A stretch of DNA of 64,000 bases. It comes from Azolla caroliniana. Lineage: Eukaryota; Plantae; Polypodiophyta. Positions within the stretch are counted from its first letter, which is position 1. Each line of letters begins with the position of its first letter. The notes below the pieces were generated by a model. The model was not told where the DNA came from and did no database searches. It saw only the letters and a program-made list of their open reading frames with translations. Made by a program: the position numbers and the translations under genes. The stretch covers positions 62,001 through 126,000 of the forward strand of contig JBHGNT010000037.1 of the NCBI GenBank assembly GCA_043228905.1. Direction: 5' to 3'. Shown in pieces: positions 1 through 13,300 of the stretch.

Positions 1-178
1 GAAACTCAGGTCGAGAGACATGAGGAAATTAGCATATTTGAGGAGGGAGTTGAGAAGAGCCAGTGAGTAAATTAAAATGGTCATACCTGGCTCGTGTGAT
101 ATCGGATTTCTGTGTTCAAACATGCGAATCGAAGCTAACAAGGCTAGCTATGATATAGAATTAAAAAATCGAGATTTT
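1..178. repeat. Representative monomer (A-type)
   Basis: gaaactcaggtcgagagacatgaggaaattagcatatttgaggagggagttgagaagagccagtgagtaaattaaaatggtcatacctggctcgtgtgatatcggatttctgtgttcaaacatgcgaatcgaagctaacaaggctagctatgatatagaattaaaaaatcgagatttt. Hand count: 46 G, 23 C, 6 CpG. Confidence 0.97.
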
Positions 179-529
179 GAAACTTAGGTCGAGAGACATG
201 AAGAAATTAGCATATTTGAGGAGGGAGTTGAGAAGAGCGTGTGAGTAAATTAAAATGGTCATACCTGGCTCGTGTGATATCGGATTTCTGTGTTAAAACA
301 TGCGAATCGAAACTAACAAGGCTAGCTATGATATAGACTTAAAAAATCGTGATTTCGAAACTGACGTCGAAAGACATGAGGAAATTAGCATGCTGGAGGA
401 GGGAGTTGAGAAGAGCGAGTGAGTAAATTAAAATGGTCATACCTGGCTCGTGTGATATCGGATTTCTGTGTTCAAACATGCGAATCGAAACTAACAAGGC
501 TAGCTATGATATAAAATTAAAAAATTGAG

Positions 530-3500
530 ATTTTGAAACTCAGGTCGAGAGACATGAGGAAATTAGCGTATTTCAAGAAGGAGTTGAGAAGAGCCAGTCA
601 GTAAATTAAAATGTTCATACCTGGGACGTCTGATATCGGATTTTTGTGTTCGAACATGCGAATCGAAGATAACAACGCTAGCTATGATATAGAATTAAAT
701 AATCGAGATTTTAAAACTCAGGTCGAGAGACATGAAGAAATTACAATATTTGAGGAGGGAGTTGAGAAGAGCTAGTGAGTAAATTAAAATGTTCATACCT
801 GGCTCGTGTGATATCGGATTTCTGTGTTCAAACATGCGAATCGAAGCTAACAAGGCTAGCTATGACATAGAATTAAAAAATCAAGATTTTGAAACTGACG
901 TCGAAAGACATGACGAAATTAGCATGTTGGAGGAGGGAGTTGAGAAGAGCGAGTGAGTAAATTAAAATGGTCATACCTGGCTGGTGTGATATCGGATTTC
1001 TGTGTTCAAACATGCGAATCGAAACTAACAAGGCTAGCTATGATATAGAATTAAAAAATCAAGATTTTGAAACTCAGGTCGAGAGACATGCCGAAATTAG
1101 CATATTTGAGGAGGGAGTTGAGAAGAGCCAGTGAGTAAATTAAAATGGTCATACCTGGCTCGTGTGATATCGGATTTCTGTGTTCAAACATGCAAATCGA
1201 AGCTAACAAGGCTAGCTATGATATAGAATTAAAAAATCAAGATTTTGAAACTGAGGTCGAAAGACATGAGGAAATTACAATATTTGAGGAGGGAGTTGAG
1301 AAGAGCTAGTGAGTAAATTAAAATGTTCATACCTGGCTCGTGTGATATCGGATTTTTGTGTTCAAACATGCGAATCGAAGCTAACAACGCTAGCTATCAT
1401 ATAGAATTAAAAAATCGAGATTTTGAAACTCAGGTCGAGAGACATGAGGAAATTAGCATATTTCAAGAAGGAGTTGAGAAGAGCCAGTCAGTAAATTAAA
1501 ATGTTCAGACCTGGCACGTGTGATATCGGATTTTTGTGTTCAAACATGCGAATCGAAGATAACAACGCTAGCTATGATATAGAATTAAATAATCGCGATT
1601 TTTAAACTCAGGTCCAGAGACATGAAGAAATTACAATATTTGAGGAGGGAGTTGAGAAGAGCTAGTGAGTAAATTAAAATGTTCATACCTGGCTCGTGTG
1701 ATATCGGATTTTTGTGTTAAAACATGCGAATCGAAGCTAACAACGCTAGCTATGATATAGAATTAAAAAATCGTGATTTTGAAACTCAGGTCGAGAGACA
1801 TGAGGAAATTAGCATATTTGAGGAGGGAGTTGAGAAGAGCCAGTGAGTAAATTAAAATGGTCATACCTGGCTCGTGTGATATCGGATTTCTGTGTTCAAA
1901 CATGCAAATCGAAGCTAACACGGCTAGCTATGATATAGAATTAAAAAATCGAGATTTTGAAACTCACGTCGAAAGACATGAGGAAATTAGAATATTTGAG
2001 GAGGGAGTTGAGAAGAGCTAGTGAGTAAATTAAAATGTTCATACCTGGCTCGTGTGATATCGAATTTTTGTGTTCAAACATGCGAATCGAAGCTAACAAC
2101 GCTAGCTATCATATAGAATTAAAAAATCGAAATTTTAAAACTCAGGTCGAGAGACATGAGGAAATTAGCATATTTCAAGAAGGAGTTGAGAAGAGCCAGT
2201 CAGTAAATTAAAATGTTCAGACCTGGCTCGTGTGATATCGGATTTCTGTGTTCAAACATGCAAATCGAAGCTAACACGGCTAGCTATGATATAGAATTAA
2301 AAAATCGAGATTTTGAAACTCAGGTCGAGAGACATGAAGAAATTAGCATATTTGAGGAGGGAGTTGAGAAGAGCGAGTGAGTAAATTAAAATGGTCATAC
2401 CTGGCTCGTGTGATATCGGATTTCTGTGTTCAAACATGCGAATCGAAACTAACAAGGCTAGCTATGATATAGAATTAAAAAATCGAGATTTTGAAACTCA
2501 GGTCGAGAGACATGAGGAAATTAGCATATTTGAGGAGGGAGTTGAGAAGAGTCAGTGAGTAAATTAAAATGGTCATACCTGGCTCGTGTGATATCGGATT
2601 TCTGTGTTCAAACATGCGAATCGAAACTAACAAGGCTAGCTATGATATAGACTTAAAAAATCGTGATTTCGAAACTGACGTCGAAAGACATGAGGAAATT
2701 AGCATATTTGAGGAGGGAGTTGAGAAGAGCGAGTGAGTAAATTAAAATGGTCATACCTGGCTCGTGTGATATCGGATTTCTGTGTTCAAACATGCAAATC
2801 GAAGCTAACAAGGCTAGCTATGATATAGAATTAAAAAATCGAGATTTTGAAACTCAGGTCGAGAGACATGAAGAAATTAGCATATTTGAGGAGGGAGTTG
2901 AGAAGAGCGTGTGTGTAAATTAAAATGGTCATACCTGGCTCGTGTGATATCGGATTTCTGTGTTCAAACATGCGAATCGAAGCTAACAAGGCTAGCTATG
3001 ATATAGAATTAAAAAATCGAGATTTTGAAACTTAGGTCGAGAGACATGAAGAAATTAGCATATTTGAGGAGGGAGTTGAGAAGAGCGTGTGAGTAAATTA
3101 AAATGGTCATACCTGGCTCGTGTGATATCGGATTTCTGTGTTAAAACATGCGAATCGAAACTAACAAGGCTAGCTATGATATAGACTTAAAAAATCGAGA
3201 TTTCGAAACTGACGTCGAAAGACATGAGGAAATTAGCATGCTGGAGGAGGGAGTTGAGAAGAGCGAGTGAGTAAATTAAAATGGTCATACCTGGCTCGTG
3301 TGATATCGGATTTCTGTGTTCAAACATGCGAATCGAAACTAACAAGGCTAGCTATAATATAGAATTAAAAAATCGAGATTTCGAAACTCAGGTGAGAGAC
3401 ATGAGGAAATTAGCATATTTGAGGAGGGAGTTGAGAAGAGCCAGTGAGTAAATTAAATTGGTCATACCTGGCTCGTGTGATATCGGATTTCTGTGTTCAA

Positions 3501-5276
3501 ACATGCAAATCGAAGCTAACACGGATAGCTATGATATAGAATTAAAAAATCGAGATTTTGAAACTCAGGTCGAGAGACATGAAGAAATTAGCATATTTGA
3601 GGAGGGAGTTGAGAAGAGCGAGTGAGTAAATTAAAATGGTCATACCTGGCTCGTGTGATATCGGATTTCTGTGTTCAAACATGCGAATCGAAACTAACAA
3701 GGCTAGCTATGATATAGAATTAAAAAATCGAGATTTTGAAACTCAGGTCGAGAGACATGAGGAAATTAGCATATTTGAGGAGGGAGTTGAGAAGAGCGTG
3801 TGAGTAAATTAAAATGGTCATACCTGGCTCGTGTGATATCGGATTTCTGTGTTCAAACATGCGAATCGAAACTAACAAGGCTAGCTATGATATAGACTTA
3901 AAAAATCGTGATTTCGAAACTGACGTCGAAAGACATGAGGAAATTAGCATATTTGAGGAGGGAGTTGAGAAGAGCGAGTGAGTAAATTAAAATGGTCATA
4001 CCTGGCTCGTGTGATATCGGATTTCTGTGTTCAAACATGCAAATCGAAGCTAACAAGGCTAGCTATGATATAGAATTAAAAAATCGAGATTTTGAAACTC
4101 AGGTCGAGAGACATGAAGAAATTAGCATATTTGAGGAGGGAGTTGAGAAGAGCGTGTGTGTAAATTAAAATGGTCATACCTGGCTCGTGTGATATCGGAT
4201 TTCTGTGTTCAAACATGCGAATCGAAGCTAACAAGGCTAGCTATGATATAGAATTAAAAAATCGAGATTTTGAAACTCACGTCGAAAGACATGAAGAAAT
4301 TAGCATATTTGAGGAGGGAGTTGAGAAGAGCGTGTGAGTAAATTAAAATGGTCATACCTGGCTCGTGTGATATCGGATTTCTGTGTTAAAACATGCGAAT
4401 CGAAACTAACAAGGCTAGCTATGATATAGACTTAAAAAATCGTGATTTCGAAACTGACGTCGAAAGACATGAGGAAATTAGCATGCTGGAGCAGGGAGTT
4501 GAGAAGAGCGAGTGAGTAAATTAAAATGGTCATACCTGGCTCGTGTGATATCGGATTTCTGTGTTCAAACATGCGAATCGAAACTAACAAGGCTAGCTAT
4601 GATATAGAATTAAAAAATCGAGATTTCGAAACTCAGGTGAGAGACATGAGGAAGTTAGCATATTTGAGGAGGGAGTTGAGAAGAGCCAGTGAGTAAATTA
4701 AATTGGTCATACCTGGCTCGTGTGATATCGGATTTCTGTGTTCAAACATGCAAATCGAAGCTAACACGGATAGCTATGATATAGAATTAAAAAATCGAGA
4801 TTTTGAAACTCAGGTCGAGAGACATGAAGAAATTAGCATATTTGAGGAGGGAGTTGAGAAGAGCGAGTGAGTAAATTAAAATGGTCATACCTGGCTCGTG
4901 TGATATCGGATTTCTGTGTTCAAACATGCGAATCGAAACTAACAAGGCTAGCTATGATATAGAATTAAAAAATCGAGATTTTGAAACTCAGGTCGAGAGA
5001 CATGAGGAAATTAGCATATTTGAGGAGGGAGTTGAGAAGAGTCAGTGAGTAAATTAAAATGGTCATACCTGGCTCGTGTGATATCGGATTTCTGTGTTCA
5101 AACATGCGAATCGAAACTAACAAGGCTAGCTATGATATAGACTTAAAAAATCGTGATTTCGAAACTGACGTCGAAAGACATGAGGAAATTAGCATATTTG
5201 AGGAGGGCGTTGAGAAGAGCGAGTGAGTAAATTAAAATGGTCATACCTGGCTCGTGTGATATCGGATTTCTGTGTT
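530..5276. repeat. Copy 1 of a ~4.7 kb intra-array duplication (partner ~10318-15064)
   Basis: Diagnostic variants recur at offset 9788 (55x178-2): gaggtcgaaa 1253/11041, tcgcg 1593/11381, ggtgag deletions 3393/13181 and 4638/14426, gagCagg 4492/14280, gaaGtt 4654/14442, gggCgtt 5208/14996. Confidence 0.9.
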
Positions 5277-8177
5277 AAAACATGCGAATCGAAGCTAACA
5301 ACGCTAGCTATGATATAGAATTAAAAAATCGTGATTTCGAAACTCAGGTCGAAAGACATGAGGAAATTAGCATGCTGGAGGAGGGAGTTGAGAAGAGCGA
5401 GTGAGTAAATTAAAATGGTCATACCTGGCTCGTGTGATATCGGATTTCTGTGTTCAAACATGCGAATCGAAACTAACAAGGCTAGCTATGATATAGAATT
5501 AAAAAATCGAGATTTTGAAACTGACGTCGAAAGACATGAGGAAATTAGCATATTTGAGGAGGGAGTTGAGAAGAGCGAGTGAGTAAATTAAAATGGTCAT
5601 ACCTGGCTCGTGTGATATCGGATTTCTGTGTTCAAACATGCAAATCGAAGCTAACAAGGCTAGCTATGATATAGAATTAAAAAATCGAGATTTTGAAACT
5701 CAGGTCAAGAGACATGAAGAAATTAGCATATTTGAGGAGGGAGTTGAGAAGAGCGTGTGAGTAAATTAAAATGGTCATACCTGGCTCGTGTGATATCGGA
5801 TTTCTGTGTTCAAACATGCAAATCGAAGCTAACAAGGCTAGTTATGATATAGTATTAAAAAATCAAGATTTTGAAACTCAGGTCGAGAGACATGCGGAAA
5901 TTAGCATATTTGAGGAGGGAGTTGAGAAGAGCTAGTGAGTAAATTAAAATGGTCATACCTGGCTCGTGTGATATCGGATTTCTGTGTTCAAACATGCAAA
6001 TCGAAGCTAACAAGGCTAGCTATGATATAGAATTAAAAAATCGAGATTTTGAAACTGACGTCGAAAGACATGAGGAAATTAGCATGTTGGAGGAGGGAGT
6101 TGAGAAGAGCGAGTGAGTAAATTAAAATGGTCATACCTGGCTCGTGTGATATCGGATTTCTGTGTTCAAACATGCGAATCGAAGCTAACAAGGCTAGCTA
6201 TGACATAGAATTAAAAAATCGAGATTTTGAAACTCAGGTCGAGAGACATGAGGAAATTAGCATATTTGAGGAGGGAGTTGAGAAGAGCGAGTGAGTAAAT
6301 TAAACTGGTCAAACCTGGCACGTGTGATATCCGATTTCTCTGTTCAAACATGCGAATCGAAGCTAACAACGCTAGCTTTGATATAGAATTTAGAAATCAA
6401 GATTTTGAAACTCACGTCGAAAGACATGAGGAAATTAGAATATTTGAGGAGGGAGTTGAGAAGAGCTAGTGAGTAAATTAAAATGTTCATACCTGGCTCG
6501 TGTGATATCGGATTTTTGTGTTCAAACATGCGAATCGAAGCTAACAACGCTAGCTATCATATAGAATTAAAAAATCGAAATTTTGAAACTCAGGTCGAGA
6601 GACATGAGGAAATTAGCATATTTCAAGAAGGAGTTGAGAAGAGCCAGTCAGTAAATTAAAATGTTCAAACCTGGCACGTGTGATATCGGATTTTTGTGTT
6701 CAAACATGCGAATCGAAGATAACAACGCTAGCTATGATATAGAATTAAATAATCGAGATTTTGAAACTCAGGTCGAGAGACATGAAGAAATTACAATATT
6801 TGAGGAGGGAGTTGAGAAGAGCTAGTGAGTAAATTAAAATGTTCATACCTGGCTCGTGTGATATCGGATTTTTGTGTTCAAACATGCGAATCGAAGCTAA
6901 CAACGCTAGCTATGATATAGAATTAAAAAATTGAGATTTTGAAACTCAGGTCGAGAGACATGAGGAAATTAGCGTATTTCAAGAAGGAGTTGAGAAGAGC
7001 CAGTCAGTAAATTAAAATGTTCATACCTGGGACGTCTGATATCGGATTTTTGTGTTCAAACATGCGAATCGAAGATAACAACGCTAGCTATGATATAGAA
7101 TTAAATAATCGAGATTTTAAAACTCAGGTCGAGAGACATGAAAAAATTACAATATTTGAGGAGGGAGTTGAGAAGAGCTAGTGAGTAAATTAAAATGTTC
7201 ATACCTGGCTCGTGTGATATCGGATTTCTGTGTTCAAACATGCGAATCGAAGCTAACAACGCTAGCTATGATATAGAATTAAAAAATCAAGATTTTGAAA
7301 CTGACGTCGAAAGACATGAGGAAATTAGCATGTTGGAGGAGGGAGTTGAGAAGAGCGAGTGAGTAAATTAAAATGGTCATACCTGGCTCGTGTGATATCG
7401 GATTTCTGTGTTCAAACATGCGAATCGAAACTAACAAGGCTAGCTATGATATAGAATTAAAAAATCAAGATTTTGAAACTCAGGTCGAGAGACATGCCGA
7501 AATTAGCATATTTGAGGAGGGAGTTGAGAAGAGCCAGTGAGTAAATTAAAATGGTCATACCTGGCTCGTGTGATATCGGATTTCTGTGTTCAAACATGCA
7601 AATCGAAGCTAACAAGGCTAGTTATGATATAGAATTAAAAAATCAAGATTTTGAAACTGACGTCGAAAGACATGAGGAAATTACAATATTTGAGGAGGGA
7701 GTTGAGAAGAGCTAGTGAGTAAATTAAAATGTTCATACCTGGCTCGTGTGATATCGGATTTTTGTGTTCAAACATGCGAATCGAAGCTAACAACGCTAGC
7801 TATCATATAGAATTAAAAAATCGAGATTTTGAAACTCAGGTCGAGAGACATGAGGAAATTAGCATATTTCAAGAAGGAGTTGAGAAGAGCCAGTCAGTAA
7901 ATTAAAATGTTCAGACCTGGCACGTGTGGTATCGGATTTTTGTGTTCAAACATGCGAATCGAAGATAACAACGCTAGCTATGATATAGAATTAAATAATC
8001 GAGATTTTGAAACTCAGGTCGAGAGACATGAAGAAATTACAATATTTGAGGAGGGAGTTGAGAAGAGCTAGTGAGTAAATTAAAATGTTCATACCTGGCT
8101 CGTGTGATATCGGATTTTTGTGTTCAAACATGCGAATCGAAGCTAACAACGCTAGCTATGATATAGAATTAAAAAAT
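5275..8177. repeat. Copy 1 of a ~2.9 kb intra-array duplication (partner ~21291-24193)
   Basis: Offset 16016 (90x178-4): caggtcaaga 5701/21717, gttatgatatagtatt 5841/21857, ORF 6344/22360, atgttcaaacctgg 6661/22677, cacgtgtggt 7921/23937. Confidence 0.88.
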
Positions 8178-10300
8178 TGAGATTTTGAAACTCAGGTCGA
8201 GAGACATGAGGAAATTAGCGTATTTCAAGAAGGGGTTGAGAAGAGCCAGTCAGTAAATTAAAATGTTCATACCTGGGACGTCTGATATCGGATTTTTATG
8301 TTCGAACATGCGAATCGAAGATAACAACGCTAGCTATGATATAGAATTAAATAATCGAGATTTTAAAACTCAGGTCGAGAGACATGAAGAAATTACAATA
8401 TTTGAGGAGGGAGTTGAGAAGAGCTAGTGAGTAAATTAAAATAATCATACCTGGCTCGTGTGATATCGGATTTCTGTGTTCAAACATGCGAATCGAAGCT
8501 AACAAGGCTAGCTATGACATAGAATTAAAAAATCAAGATTTTGAAACTGACGTCGAAAGACATGACGAAATTAGCATGTTGGAGGAGGGAGTTGAGAAGA
8601 GCGAGTGAGTAAATTAAAATGGTCATACCTGGCTGGTGTGATATCGGATTTCTGTGTTCAAACATGCGAATCGAAACTAACAAGGCTAGCTATGATATAG
8701 AATTAAAAAATCAAGATTTTGAAACTCAGGTCGAGAGACATGCCGAAATTAGCATATTTGATGAGGGAGTTGAGAAGAGCCAGTGAGTAAATTAAAATGG
8801 TCATACCTGGCTCGTGTGATATCGGATTTCTGTGTTCAAACATGCAAATCGAAGCTAACAAGGCTAGCTATGATATAGAATTAAAAAATCAAGATTTTGA
8901 AACTGACGTCGAAAGACATGAGGAAATTACAATATTTGAGGAGGGAGTTGAGAAGAGCTAGTGAGTAAATTAAAATGTTCATACCTGGCTCGTGTGATAT
9001 CGGATTTTTGTGTTCAAACATGCGAATCGAAGCTAACAACGCTAGCTATCATATAGAATTAAAAAATCGAGATTTTGAAACTCAGGTCGAGAGACATGAG
9101 GAAATTAGCATATTTCAAGAAGGAGTTGAGAAGAGCCAGTCAGTAAATTAAAATGTTCAGACCTGGCACGTGTGGTATCGGATTTTTGTGTTCAAACATG
9201 CGAATCGAAGATAACAACGCTAGCTATGATATAGAATTAAATAATCGAGATTTTGAAACTCAGGTCGAGAGACATGAAGAAATTACAATATTTGAGGAGG
9301 GAGTTGAGAAGAGCTAGTGAGTAAATTAAAATGTTCATACCTGGCTCGTGTGATATCGGATTTTTGTGTTCAAACATGCGAATCGAAGCTAACAACGCTA
9401 GCTATGATATAGAATTAAAAAATTGAGATTTTGAAACTCAGGTCGAGAGACATGAGGAAATTAGCGTATTTCAAGAAGGAGTTGAGAAGAGCCAGTCAGT
9501 AAATTAAAATGTTCATACCTGGGACGTCTGATATCGGATTTTTATGTTCGAACATGCGAATCGAAGATAACAACGCTAGCTATGATATAGAATTAAATAA
9601 TCGAGATTTTAAAACTCAGGTCGAGAGACATGAAGAAATTACAATATTTGAGGAGGGAGTTGAGAAGAGCTAGTGAGTAAATTAAAATAATCATACCTGG
9701 CTCGTGTGATATCGGATTTCTGTGTTCAAACATGCGAATCGAAGCTAACAAGGCTAGCTATGACATAGAATTAAAAAATCAAGATTTTGAAACTGACGTC
9801 GAAAGACATGACGAAATTAGCATGTTGGAGGAGGGAGTTGAGAAGAGCGAGTGAGTAAATTAAAATGGTCATACCTGGCTGGTGTGATATCGGATTTCTG
9901 TGTTCAAACATGCGAATCGAAACTAACAAGGCTAGCTATGATATAGAATTAAAAAATCAAGATTTTGAAACTCAGGTCGAGAGACATGCCGAAATTAGCA
10001 TATTTGAGGAGGGAGTTGAGAAGAGCCAGTGAGTAAATTAAAATGGTCATACCTGGCTCGTGTGATATCGGATTTCTGTGTTCAAACATGCAAATCGAAG
10101 CTAACAAGGCTAGCTATGATATAGAATTAAAAAATCAAGATTTTGAAACTGACGTCGAAAGACATGAGGAAATTACAATATTTGAGGAGGGAGTTGAGAA
10201 GAGCTAGTGAGTAAATTAAAATGTTCATACCTGGCTCGTGTGATATCGGATTTTTGTGTTCAAACATGCGAATCGAAGCTAACGACGCTAGCTATCATAT
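6600..10300. repeat. 7-mer HOR (1246 bp), about 3 tandem copies
   Basis: agcgtatt at 6971/8217/9463; cacgtgtggt 7921/9167; tttAtgttcg 8298/9544; ataatcat 8441/9687. All are 1246 apart. Confidence 0.85.
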
Positions 10301-10317
10301 AGAATTAAAAAATCGAG

Positions 10318-13300
10318 ATTTTGAAACTCAGGTCGAGAGACATGAGGAAATTAGCGTATTTCAAGAAGGAGTTGAGAAGAGCCAGTCAGTAAATTAAAAT
10401 GTTCATACCTGGGACGTCTGATATCGGATTTTTGTGTTCGAACATGCGAATCGAAGATAACAACGCTAGCTATGATATAGAATTAAATAATCGAGATTTT
10501 AAAACTCAGGTCGAGAGACATGAAGAAATTACAATATTTGAGGAGGGAGTTGAGAAGAGCTAGTGAGTAAATTAAAATGTTCATACCTGGCTCGTGTGAT
10601 ATCGGATTTCTGTGTTCAAACATGCGAATCGAAGCTAACAAGGCTAGCTATGACATAGAATTAAAAAATCAAGATTTTGAAACTGACGTCGAAAGACATG
10701 ACGAAATTAGCATGTTGGAGGAGGGAGTTGAGAAGAGCGAGTGAGTAAATTAAAATGGTCATACCTGGCTGGTGTGATATCGGATTTCTGTGTTCAAACA
10801 TGCGAATCGAAACTAACAAGGCTAGCTATGATATAGAATTAAAAAATCAAGATTTTGAAACTCAGGTCGAGAGACATGCCGAAATTAGCATATTTGAGGA
10901 GGGAGTTGAGAAGAGCCAGTGAGTAAATTAAAATGGTCATACCTGGCTCGTGTGATATCGGATTTCTGTGTTCAAACATGCAAATCGAAGCTAACAAGGC
11001 TAGCTATGATATAGAATTAAAAAATCAAGATTTTGAAACTGAGGTCGAAAGACATGAGGAAATTACAATATTTGAGGAGGGAGTTGAGAAGAGCTAGTGA
11101 GTAAATTAAAATGTTCATACCTGGCTCGTGTGATATCGGATTTTTGTGTTCAAACATGCGAATCGAAGCTAACAACGCTAGCTATCATATAGAATTAAAA
11201 AATCGAGATTTTGAAACTCAGGTCGAGAGACATGAGGAAATTAGCATATTTCAAGAAGGAGTTGAGAAGAGCCAGTCAGTAAATTAAAATGTTCAGACCT
11301 GGCACGTGTGATATCGGATTTTTGTGTTCAAACATGCGAATCGAAGATAACAACGCTAGCTATGATATAGAATTAAATAATCGCGATTTTTAAACTCAGG
11401 TCCAGAGACATGAAGAAATTACAATATTTGAGGAGGGAGTTGAGAAGAGCTAGTGAGTAAATTAAAATGTTCATACCTGGCTCGTGTGATATCGGATTTT
11501 TGTGTTAAAACATGCGAATCGAAGCTAACAACGCTAGCTATCATATAGAATTAAAAAATCGTGATTTTGAAACTCAGGTCGAGAGACATGAGGAAATTAG
11601 CATATTTGAGGAGGGAGTTGAGAAGAGCCAGTGAGTAAATTAAAATGGTCATACCTGGCTCGTGTGATATCGGATTTCTGTGTTCAAACATGCAAATCGA
11701 AGCTAACACGGCTAGCTATGATATAGAATTAAAAAATCGAGATTTTGAAACTCACGTCGAAAGACATGAGGAAATTAGAATATTTGAGGAGGGAGTTGAG
11801 AAGAGCTAGTGAGTAAATTAAAATGTTCATACCTGGCTCGTGTGATATCGAATTTTTGTGTTCAAACATGCGGATCGAAGCTAACAACGCTAGCTATCAT
11901 ATAGAATTAAAAAATCGAAATTTTAAAACTCAGGTCGAGAGACATGAGGAAATTAGCATATTTCAAGAAGGAGTTGAGAAGAGCCAGTCAGTAAATTAAA
12001 ATGTTCAGACCTGGCTCGTGTGATATCGGATTTCTGTGTTCAAACATGCAAATCGAAGCTAACACGGCTAGCTATGATATAGAATTAAAAAATCGAGATT
12101 TTGAAACTCAGGTCGAGAGACATGAAGAAATTAGCATATTTGAGGAGGGAGTTGAGAAGAGCGAGTGAGTAAATTAAAATGGTCATACCTGGCTCGTGTG
12201 ATATCGGATTTCTGTGTTCAAACATGCGAATCGAAACTAACAAGGCTAGCTATGATATAGAATTAAAAAATCGAGATTTTGAAACTCAGGTCGAGAGACA
12301 TGAGGAAATTAGCATATTTGAGGAGGGAGTTGAGAAGAGTCAGTGAGTAAATTAAAATGGTCATACCTGGCTCGTGTGATATCGGATTTCTGTGTTCAAA
12401 CATGCGAATCGAAACTAACAAGGCTAGCTATGATATAGACTTAAAAAATCGTGATTTCGAAACTGACGTCGAAAGACATGAGGAAATTAGCATATTTGAG
12501 GAGGGAGTTGAGAAGAGCGAGTGAGTAAATTAAAATGGTCATACCTGGCTCGTGTGATATCGGATTTCTGTGTTCAAACATGCAAATCGAAGCTAACAAG
12601 GCTAGCTATGATATAGAATTAAAAAATCGAGATTTTGAAACTCAGGTCGAGAGACATGAAGAAATTAGCATATTTGAGGAGGGAGTTGAGAAGAGCGTGT
12701 GTGTAAATTAAAATGGTCATACCTGGCTCGTGTGATATCGGATTTCTGTGTTCAAACATGCGAATCGAAGCTAACAAGGCTAGCTATGATATAGAATTAA
12801 AAAATCGAGATTTTGAAACTTAGGTCGAGAGACATGAAGAAATTAGCATATTTGAGGAGGGAGTTGAGAAGAGCGTGTGAGTAAATTAAAATGGTCATAC
12901 CTGGCTCGTGTGATATCGGATTTCTGTGTTAAAACATGCGAATCGAAACTAACAAGGCTAGCTATGATATAGACTTAAAAAATCGAGATTTCGAAACTGA
13001 CGTCGAAAGACATGAGGAAATTAGCATGCTGGAGGAGGGAGTTGAGAAGAGCGAGTGAGTAAATTAAAATGGTCATACCTGGCTCGTGTGATATCGGATT
13101 TCTGTGTTCAAACATGCGAATCGAAACTAACAAGGCTAGCTATAATATAGAATTAAAAAATCGAGATTTCGAAACTCAGGTGAGAGACATGAGGAAATTA
13201 GCATATTTGAGGAGGGAGTTGAGAAGAGCCAGTGAGTAAATTAAATTGGTCATACCTGGCTCGTGTGATATCGGATTTCTGTGTTCAAACATGCAAATCG

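Noticed and set aside
40-60. G-quadruplex or Shine-Dalgarno-like ggagg
   Set aside because: There is only one GGG run per monomer and no real downstream CDS, so the match is incidental.
1-178. Identity with Arabidopsis CEN178 or primate alpha satellite / CENP-B box
   Set aside because: Only the length is similar. I recognise no shared sequence, and the TTCGnnnnAnnCGGG core is not seen on either strand. BLAST is needed to confirm.
1-178. 5S rDNA, tRNA or snRNA tandem gene array
   Set aside because: No recognisable 5S, tRNA or snRNA sequence or Pol III internal promoter boxes.
362-368. tgacgtc and cacgtg (ACGT-core bZIP/bHLH-like motifs) as regulatory sites
   Set aside because: These short motifs arise as monomer variants with no gene nearby, and nothing supports function.
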